A DNA stretch of 49,230 bases. It comes from Acidobacteriaceae bacterium UBA1795. GTDB taxonomy: Bacteria; Acidobacteriota; Terriglobia; Terriglobales; Acidobacteriaceae. A model generated the notes under the pieces. That model did no database searches and had not been told where the DNA came from. It saw only the letters and a program-made list of their open reading frames with translations. Where the stretch lies: NCBI GenBank assembly GCA_002314435.1, contig DCFV01000206.1:1-49230 (forward strand), read 5' to 3'. Both the position numbers and the translations under genes were made by a program. Shown piece by piece: positions 39,474 through 49,230 of the stretch (the first letter of the stretch is position 1; every line of letters begins with the position of its first letter).

Positions 39474-41846
39474 TCAGCGTGCGTTGACCGTCAGGCTTTG
39501 TCCTGTGTACGTCACCTCTTGATTGACGTCCTTCGACTCAAGCGGACCAGCACCGTGCCCGCGATGAACGAACACGACTCGGAACGTGCGCGTCTGGACC
39601 ATTCCCGGATAGCTGCCGCTGCGGGGACCGATCGTCAACTGACCCGACTTGTCGTCCCAGTGCATGGGGATGGTTGCGTGCTGACCTTTCTGATAGTCGT
39701 AGCTGTCGCCGCTGTCCTCATACAACTCAAAATCCCCGTTCGCTCCGCGGTAGATGCGGATCTCAACGGGCCCGTCCGGCTTTTGTCCCGTGTACTCGAT
39801 CTCCGGCCCCAGCGGCAAAATCGAGCCGGCACGAACGTAGAGCGGAAGCGTATCGAGCGGAGCGTCAACTTCGAGATAGCTGTGACCCGAAGCTGTCTCT
39901 CCCGTCCAAAAGTCGTACCAGGCAGGTGAATCGGGAAGGTACAGCCTGCGCTTCGTCGCGTCCTGTTCGAGGACAGGGCTGACCAACAGAGCCGGGCCGA
40001 ACATGAACTGGTCGCCGATGTCGCGCACCTTGGGGTCCGTACGCCAATCCATCACGAGAGGTCGCTGAATGGTGTAGTCATCCTTTGTGACGCGCCATGC
40101 CAGCGAGTAAATGTAGGGCATGAGCCTGTAGCGCAGCTTGTCGAACTTAAGCAGGGTGGGTTCGACGCGGTTGTACGTCCACAGCTCGTTGTGATCGCGG
40201 TGACCGTGCGTCCGAAAAACCGGGCAGAACGTGCCGTACTCGAACCAGCGCGCATACAGGTCCTGATAGGCCGGATCGAACTGTGTTTTACCCGGATCGG
40301 GCTGATGATAGCCGCCGATGTCTGTCGTCCAGTAAGGCAGGCCCGATACGGCGAAGTTCAGCCCTGCTGGAACCTGATGTTGAAGCGCCCACCAGCTGCT
40401 GTAGACATCGCCGGACCAAGTTGTGGCACCTACCCGCTGTTGCCCTAGAAACGCCGAGCGGGTGAGCAGATAGACACGCTTGTCTTGCGTTGTTGCCTTC
40501 CAGTGCTCCTGCACACCGAGTGTATGCATGAAGGGAAAGATGTTGGTATAGCTCATGCCATTACCAATCGCAATTTGTCTATCGCGCAAGATCGCGTCGC
40601 CCATATGCGGCCAGTACTCCTCAGGCTCAGCGCTATCAAGCCAAAAAGCATCCCAACCCTGCGCAAGGAGTTTGCCCGCAAGATGGCTCCAGTAGAAGTC
40701 GCGGGCCGCGGGATTGGTGGCATCATACACGTGGGCATCGGCGATATCGAAGCCCTTCGCATGCAGCTCCTTGAAGTTTTCCGAAGCAGGGTCGAAGAGC
40801 CCCCACACCGAGATCATCGTGTGGACATGCTCGTCGTGCAACTTCTTCAGGTCGCCAGGAACATCATGATAGTTGGCATTGAAAACAGGGTCGCCCTCCT
40901 TCGCCCACCAGAACCAGTCCTGCACAATAGCATCCAACGGGATGTGCTTTGAACGATATTGCGTTGCGATATCAATAATCTGTTCTGTCGAGATATACCG
41001 ATCCTTTGACTGGAACAGACCATACGCCCACAACGGCAGGAGAGGCGCGTGGCCTGTCAGATTCCGATACTGATGGATGATCTCGTCCATCTCCGGACCA
41101 AGGATCAAGTAGTAATCGATATTGCTTTGTGCATTCGAGGTGAATCGGAACTCAAGCGGAAAACGGTTGTCTGCATAGCTGAATGCAGCAGTGTTCCACA
41201 TGATCCCGTAGCCCTTCGTGGAAATCAGGAACGGGATCGCAACATCTGTGTTGTTCTGGCCTAGCTCGACAGTGTTGCCGCGATAGTTGAAGACTCCTCC
41301 CTGGTGCTGACCAAGACCGTAGAAGCCCTCCGTAGCGTCAGGAGCGAACCGATCTTCGACCTGATAGGTCTTGTCGCGATTGACTTCCATCGGCTTGTAG
41401 GTGCGCGGCAGGCCGAGGCCCTCTCGCAGTATCGACTCGCCGCCAGCAACCGCATAGGACACCTTGGCATCCTCGAGCGAAAGGCGAAACGTCAGCTTCG
41501 CCGTGCTGAGTGTTGCCTCCTTGTCCGTCGTCGCAACCGTGAATTGCCCGCCGGGACACGCTTCCGCTGCAGGGAGCATCCAGGGTTGGGCAGGTATCGT
41601 GCCTGACGTCGCAGCGGCGTGCGAAACGAAATGGAGGACCGAGTCGCGGCACACGCTGATCTCGATTGTCTCTGCGCTGGACTGGGCAACAAACCCCGTC
41701 TTCGTTTCGTGGATCGTTATCTTGGGCTGAGGGGGTAAATCTCCGGGAAGTTGCGCAGTGACATTCCCTGCACTGAAGACTGCGGAACCCACCAGCAGCG
41801 CAACAAGCTCCTTGCGCACTCTGGGCATATGAAAGCGAACTTGCAT
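39474..41846 (-). CDS. Glycoside hydrolase family 31 (alpha-xylosidase/alpha-glucosidase-like)
   Basis: AAGGAGG Shine-Dalgarno and signal peptide; motifs YGLGQHQ, IVQDW, nucleophile WLDSAEPE, WSGDV, WTTDIGGY, FRTHG, FMFGPALLVSPV and LYEDSG. Confidence 0.93.
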   Translation of the reverse strand: MQVRFHMPRVRKELVALLVGSAVFSAGNVTAQLPGDLPPQPKITIHETKTGFVAQSSAETIEISVCRDSVLHFVSHAAATSGTIPAQPWMLPAAEACPGGQFTVATTDKEATLSTAKLTFRLSLEDAKVSYAVAGGESILREGLGLPRTYKPMEVNRDKTYQVEDRFAPDATEGFYGLGQHQGGVFNYRGNTVELGQNNTDVAIPFLISTKGYGIMWNTAAFSYADNRFPLEFRFTSNAQSNIDYYLILGPEMDEIIHQYRNLTGHAPLLPLWAYGLFQSKDRYISTEQIIDIATQYRSKHIPLDAIVQDWFWWAKEGDPVFNANYHDVPGDLKKLHDEHVHTMISVWGLFDPASENFKELHAKGFDIADAHVYDATNPAARDFYWSHLAGKLLAQGWDAFWLDSAEPEEYWPHMGDAILRDRQIAIGNGMSYTNIFPFMHTLGVQEHWKATTQDKRVYLLTRSAFLGQQRVGATTWSGDVYSSWWALQHQVPAGLNFAVSGLPYWTTDIGGYHQPDPGKTQFDPAYQDLYARWFEYGTFCPVFRTHGHRDHNELWTYNRVEPTLLKFDKLRYRLMPYIYSLAWRVTKDDYTIQRPLVMDWRTDPKVRDIGDQFMFGPALLVSPVLEQDATKRRLYLPDSPAWYDFWTGETASGHSYLEVDAPLDTLPLYVRAGSILPLGPEIEYTGQKPDGPVEIRIYRGANGDFELYEDSGDSYDYQKGQHATIPMHWDDKSGQLTIGPRSGSYPGMVQTRTFRVVFVHRGHGAGPLESKDVNQEVTYTGQSLTVNAR

Positions 41847-41886
41847 TGATCCTCCTTGTTACGTCGATCTCGTTGAGTGGCTCAGG

Positions 41887-42220
41887 CTACATCTGCGCCG
41901 GGGCCTGACGATGGAGTGTGGAATTCGGCTCGAGGTTTTGGAGGTACTCTATGTAACCCAGCAGTGCGCCCCAATGGTAGAACCGATCGCTATTCTTGAC
42001 GTCGTCCCCCGTGCCGAGAATTGCGTTGTAATTCTCGTGCACGTGCCCTTTGTCATGCCATTCCTTCAGGAATAAGTCGTACGACTTCTGTGCAAACTCA
42101 GATCGAACACTTGCGTCATCATAGTTGCGCAGTCCGAGATACACCAGGTAGTGCATCGTTCCCCAAATTCGCCACGCCAGTAGTCCTGATATCCTGCGCA
42201 ACGTGAATCCTGGAAATCAT
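41887..42220 (-). pseudogene. Truncated, frameshifted 3' remnant of a GH63/MGH1-like (alpha/alpha)6 glycosidase
   Basis: QDYWRG in one frame joins RIWGTMHYLVYLGLRNY...VHENYN...SDRFYHWGALLG in another, implying a 1-nt deletion near 42171. This matches YWRGRIWxPxNY...HENY...YxWG. The upstream part of the gene is absent. Confidence 0.75.
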
Positions 42221-42308
42221 CACTGGGTTGAGTTGAAGCTCGTAGGCGGCCCAAAGTGCCCTCGTGGCGTTTGAGGTGCAACTTTCTATCTCACTGCCAA
42301 CGGAATGC

Positions 42309-42455
42309 GTCAGCGCGTTACGGCATACAGGCCATAAAGACGACCTTCAGGAACTCGTGAAGCGACTCTCTGAGTTGCATCAGCAGTCACTCAAAAAGGA
42401 ACCGGATAGAAAGCGGTACCGGCCGGTTGAGCAGGCTCCGCCTCCGCCCGACTGA
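42309..42455 (+). pseudogene. Possible 3' remnant of a helical (TPR-protein-like) gene
   Basis: ALRHTGHKDDLQELVKRLSELHQQSLKKEPDRKRYRPVEQAPPPPD* resembles, from recollection, C-termini of acidobacterial TPR proteins. It has no credible start. Confidence 0.35.
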
Positions 42456-42646
42456 ACTGCTGCACGTCACGCCCCGCTCATGTGTCCGGCGCGAACACGC
42501 ACGCCTAAATCCACCAGAGGTATCGGGGAGAACCGGCTGGCGGATAAGGGCTCGTCGGCGAAGATGTTTCGGCTTGATAACGACCACGTTAGCTACGAAC
42601 AGGACAGAGCAATCTGAAAATCCATTAGAGAAATGATTTATTTGTC

Positions 42647-42676
42647 TTGACACCCCCGAAGAGCGCCCCCTATAGT
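42647..42676 (+). promoter_or_regulatory. Sigma70-type promoter TTGACA-N18-TATAGT for the GH106 gene
   Basis: TTGACA at 42647-42652 and TATAGT at 42671-42676, with an AT-rich UP-like tract upstream; ATG is at 42772. Confidence 0.65.
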
Positions 42677-42771
42677 TCGGCTCGTCTTCGTCTTTAAGTG
42701 GTGATCCCTGGTTCAGATCTATGCGGATCTTGGCGTTGTGACAAGACACAAATTCCTTATGACATGGAGGG

Positions 42772-46179
<3,408 letters not shown>

Positions 46180-46221
46180 GCAACCAACCCGAAAGCTGGC
46201 CTGCAAGGCAGCGGGTATTCC

Positions 46222-46267
46222 AGACGAGGCGAATCCGCACCAACGCGGGTTGGCCTCGTCTTACTTT
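46222..46267 (+). terminator. Terminator- or attenuator-like hairpin between GH106 and the amidohydrolase
   Basis: AGACGAGGC-g-AATCCGC-loop-GCGGGTT-g-GCCTCGTCT followed by TACTTT. Confidence 0.5.
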
Positions 46268-46289
46268 GCTGAGGAAGAAGACGGTCGTA

Positions 46290-47264
46290 ATGCTCAGACG
46301 TGAACTATTGAAATCCGGCGCGGCAGCCGCAGCCACGGCCATGATCAACCCCCTGCTCCGGGCAACTCCGTCGCACATGCCCGTAATCGATACGCATATT
46401 CACCTGTTCGACCCGGCGCGGCCCGGCGGCGTTCCCTGGCCCGAACCATCCAACTCTGCGCTTTACAAGCCGGCCCTTCCGCCTCGCTACGAAAAGCTTG
46501 CCCAACCGCATGGAGTGGTTGGTGCCATTGCCATCGAGTGCAGTCCATGGATGATCGACAATCTCTGGCTGCAGGATGTGGTGGAGAAAAACCCCACCAT
46601 GCTGGGGTACATCGGTGATCTCGACCCGGCGGACGCCTCCTTTGCGGCGACTCTGGATTGGCTGCACCGTAGTCCTCTCCTTCTGGGCATCCGCTACGGG
46701 AATCTCTGGAATCGCGACCTGCTCGCGTCCATCCAGACACCTGCGTTCGTTGCAGGACTCAAGCTGCTTGCCCAGGCAGGCCTCGTTCTTGAAACAGCCA
46801 ATCCCAATACCGCTCTCCTCGGCGCCGCCCTTGAGGTATGCGACCGCGTCCCCAACCTCCGCATCGTGATGGACCACCTGCCGCATGCCGATCTCCCCGC
46901 GGCTCCCAGTGCCCGCGCAGAATATGACAAGCATCTGCGCGAACTCGCCCAGCATCCCAACGTCTTTGCCAAGGGATCCGAGATTCCGAAGAAGATCGAA
47001 GGCCGCGTCTCGCTCGACGCGGGAACCTACAAGGCAAATCTTGATGCCCTCTGTGACCTGTTTGGCGAAGACCGCATGCTATTCGGAAGCGACTGGCCGA
47101 ATAGCGACTCGATCGCCACGTACGATGAAACATTCAGGCTCGCGGAGGGCTGCATCGCTACCCGGACTCTCGCCGCGCAGCAGAAGTATTTCTGGAAGAA
47201 CTCCATCGCCGTGTACCGTTGGAAGCCCCGCACCAGCGCGCAGAAAGAGCTACTGAGTTCCTGA
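46290..47264 (+). CDS. Amidohydrolase-2 family sugar lactonase (L-rhamnono-/L-fucono-lactonase-like) with a Tat-type signal
   Basis: MLRRELLKSGAAAAATAM start; motifs IDTHIHLFD, GIRYG, RIVMDHL and FGEDRMLFGSDWP. Confidence 0.85.
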   Translation: MLRRELLKSGAAAAATAMINPLLRATPSHMPVIDTHIHLFDPARPGGVPWPEPSNSALYKPALPPRYEKLAQPHGVVGAIAIECSPWMIDNLWLQDVVEKNPTMLGYIGDLDPADASFAATLDWLHRSPLLLGIRYGNLWNRDLLASIQTPAFVAGLKLLAQAGLVLETANPNTALLGAALEVCDRVPNLRIVMDHLPHADLPAAPSARAEYDKHLRELAQHPNVFAKGSEIPKKIEGRVSLDAGTYKANLDALCDLFGEDRMLFGSDWPNSDSIATYDETFRLAEGCIATRTLAAQQKYFWKNSIAVYRWKPRTSAQKELLSS

Positions 47265-47315
47265 CCAGCTTCCAGGAGAAGGCCCCCGTGCCGCTCCTGC
47301 GTCTCCGCAGTGCGC

Positions 47316-48404
47316 TTACCGCCGCTGCGGACCCGCTGGGTAGAATGCGCGCAGGTTTGCCGGGGTCACCATCTCATGACGAACGAACGTGGCTGGCGGT
47401 ACCGGACGCCCTCCGAGCAGATCGAGCGCGAGTGGAATCACGCCTTCTCCGTATTTTTCCGGAAAATAGCCGACCGATCCGATCAGCCGCGAATTCTTGG
47501 TGGCCAGCTCCGCATGCACTTCCGGGGATGCATTGTGGCCCACAATCGCACAGTGTTCTTCGCGCCCGGCATCGCGAAACGCCTGCAGAGCGCCGAGCGC
47601 GCACGGATCGTTGATCGCCACCACGAGAATCCGTTCCGCGCGACTGCGGCGCAAATGAGCCCGTGTCAGCGCCACAGTGTTTTCATAATGCCCCGTGGTT
47701 CGAAGGATCTTCACCTGGCGCTCCGATAGCCACACCAGCCGCTCCAGCACGCCGAGCATACCGCCCAGGATGCGCGCGTTCGGCACGTGTCCAGCCTTCG
47801 GCAACTCGAGTAACAGCAATTCGTCCACACGGCTCTCCCAATGCGCTTCGGCCCATCGCGCCAGGTAGCGTCCTGCGATGAGGCCCGCTTGGCTATTGTT
47901 CGCACCATAGAACACGGTCTGTGGATGCGGAATCTCCAATGCAATCACAGGAATGGCCGCAGTGCGGAATCGTGAGAAGATTTGCTCCGCAATCCGCGTG
48001 TCGGTCTGCGATTCGATGACCAGGTCCACGCGCTCACGCACAAACGTATCGGCATTGCGCAGCGCAGCGCGCGACGTATCTTCGTTGTCGAGTACCAACA
48101 GCTCAATATCCGCCGCCGCCGCGCTGCGACGTAGTGAATCCGTGACTGCCCGGCTGAAACCAAACTCGGCGCTCTGCATGCCATAACCGAAGCGAAACCG
48201 GTGCTGGCCAAGTGGCCGGATCGCCAGTTTGTACTTCGTCTCATCCACACGCGACAGCAGTTCGCAAGCCACGAGCGTACTCAACATGCGCAGAGCCGTC
48301 GTCTTATGCAACCCGGTACGGGCCACGATGTCAGTGAGGCGCAGACACTCCGACTGGTCTTTGAACACCTTCAGAACCTGGCAGGCACGAATCAGCGATT
48401 TCAT
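47316..48404 (-). CDS. Transcriptional regulator: IclR-type winged HTH fused to a periplasmic-binding-protein-type sugar-binding domain
   Basis: IclR HTH SLIRACQVLKVF...LTDIVARTGLHKTTALRMLSTL...YKL, followed by an RbsB-like domain with VDLVIE, IPVIAL, YGANNSQAG, INDPCALGA and SVGYFPEKYG. Confidence 0.85.
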   Translation of the reverse strand: MKSLIRACQVLKVFKDQSECLRLTDIVARTGLHKTTALRMLSTLVACELLSRVDETKYKLAIRPLGQHRFRFGYGMQSAEFGFSRAVTDSLRRSAAAADIELLVLDNEDTSRAALRNADTFVRERVDLVIESQTDTRIAEQIFSRFRTAAIPVIALEIPHPQTVFYGANNSQAGLIAGRYLARWAEAHWESRVDELLLLELPKAGHVPNARILGGMLGVLERLVWLSERQVKILRTTGHYENTVALTRAHLRRSRAERILVVAINDPCALGALQAFRDAGREEHCAIVGHNASPEVHAELATKNSRLIGSVGYFPEKYGEGVIPLALDLLGGRPVPPATFVRHEMVTPANLRAFYPAGPQRR

Positions 48405-48411
48405 AGAAATG

Positions 48412-48531
48412 GTCCGAATAGCGGAGCTTCTGTTCGTCCAAGTCTACGCGCAAACAGTCCGAACAATCGAGATCACACGACAAATCAACACAATATCGGA
48501 GTCTCTCCACTCGATAGTCCGTATCGTGGAA
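48412..48531. promoter_or_regulatory. Cluster of IclR-type operator pseudo-palindromes GTCCG-N5-(C/T)(G/C)GA
   Basis: GTCCGAATAGCGGAG (48412-48426), GTCCGAACAATCGAG (48457-48471) and GTCCGTATCGTGGAA (48517-48531), plus a CGGAG half-site at 48497-48501. Confidence 0.55.
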
Positions 48532-48613
48532 CAAAATACGCAACACATGGAAAAGGTTTGCCTCAGTTGGATCAGAGGACTAGCTTGCCCGGTAGTCCCA
48601 AACGGAGGTGTGC

Positions 48614-49230
48614 GTGATCTGTGTATCCCAACGCAGGATCAGTCTTCCTGTCATTCTCTCTGTGGCCGTCGCGGCCTTTGCCGCCGCAGTGCCGCTCCTG
48701 GCGCAGGACGCGCCGCCCAAGGTGGAAATCGACTGGAACAAGGTCGTGATTGTCTCCCGCTCGACGGCCACGCTGCAAGTGGTTACGAACCCGATGCTCA
48801 ATCCGGGAGCTCCCATTCACGACGGATCGTTCGCGGCCCTCAAGGCACTCGGAGCGGATTACGTGCGCTACGTGCCCTGGTTGCCCTATCCCAAAATCGC
48901 CGTCGCGGAGCTCGAGCCACCCACCAAAGACAAGACCTCCTGGGACTTTACCTACATCGATTCGGTCACAAGGGACTTCCTTGCGGCCACTGAAGGGCAC
49001 TCAACGATCATCAACTTCAGCACCATCCCGGCATGGATGTTCAGGACCGACAAGCCGGTAACCTATCCGCAGGATCCCAACCAGGTCTTCTGGAACTACA
49101 CGCAGGGAACTGAACTGCGCGACCCTACCGGAAAGGAACTTGGCGATTACTACGGGCGCCTGGTGAGCTGGTTCACGAAAGGTGGATTTACCGACGAAAA
49201 TGGCAAATTCCACGAGTCCGGCTACCACTA
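48614..49230 (+). CDS. Exported glycoside hydrolase, GH39-like (partial, runs off the window)
   Basis: GGAGGT Shine-Dalgarno and GTG 48614; signal peptide; TLQVVTNPML, LGADYVRYVPWLPYP, SWDFTYID, NFSTIPAWMF and DYYGRLVSWFTKGGF; the frame is open to the window end. Confidence 0.8.
   Translation, partial: MICVSQRRISLPVILSVAVAAFAAAVPLLAQDAPPKVEIDWNKVVIVSRSTATLQVVTNPMLNPGAPIHDGSFAALKALGADYVRYVPWLPYPKIAVAELEPPTKDKTSWDFTYIDSVTRDFLAATEGHSTIINFSTIPAWMFRTDKPVTYPQDPNQVFWNYTQGTELRDPTGKELGDYYGRLVSWFTKGGFTDENGKFHESGYH

Noticed and set aside
42460-42640. Possible riboswitch in the AT-rich spacer upstream of the GH106 promoter
   Set aside because: I recognised no TPP, cobalamin, SAM, FMN or c-di-GMP core motifs, and it lies upstream of the predicted promoter.

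Overview
GC-rich bacterial chromosomal segment. Gene content and protein style suggest Acidobacteriota (Terriglobia-like); this is inference. About 1-38350 is mostly core or housekeeping DNA: kdsA, pyrG, an aldo/keto reductase, a TonB-dependent receptor preceded by a DUF2946-like CxxC/RPPP small ORF, an AmpG-like MFS transporter, a stand-alone recombinase-domain protein with a consensus sigma54 promoter, an NtrY/NtrX-like pair, ald with an Lrp regulator, an M14 peptidase, an aldehyde dehydrogenase, mreBCD, a 2-oxoacid dehydrogenase E2 with lipB, RNase P RNA, dut, tag, a tricorn protease, and an AmgK-like kinase fused to a RapZ C-terminal domain followed by a MurU-like nucleotidyltransferase. 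From about 38500 to the end is a carbohydrate-utilisation locus: DUF1080, GH31, a decayed GH63-like remnant, GH106, a Tat-signal lactonase, an IclR-HTH/sugar-binding fusion regulator and a partial GH39-like gene. I saw no tRNA, rRNA, CRISPR array or transposase. The most notable observations are: (i) a sigma54-promoted, catalytically dead serine-recombinase-derived protein next to an enhancer-binding protein whose GAFTGA loop reads GAQPGG; (ii) a probable metal-sensing ribosome-arrest uORF controlling a TonB receptor; (iii) frequent leaderless gene starts; (iv) the kinase-RapZ fusion; (v) a deletion scar in the sugar locus. All family calls come from motif recognition, not database searches.
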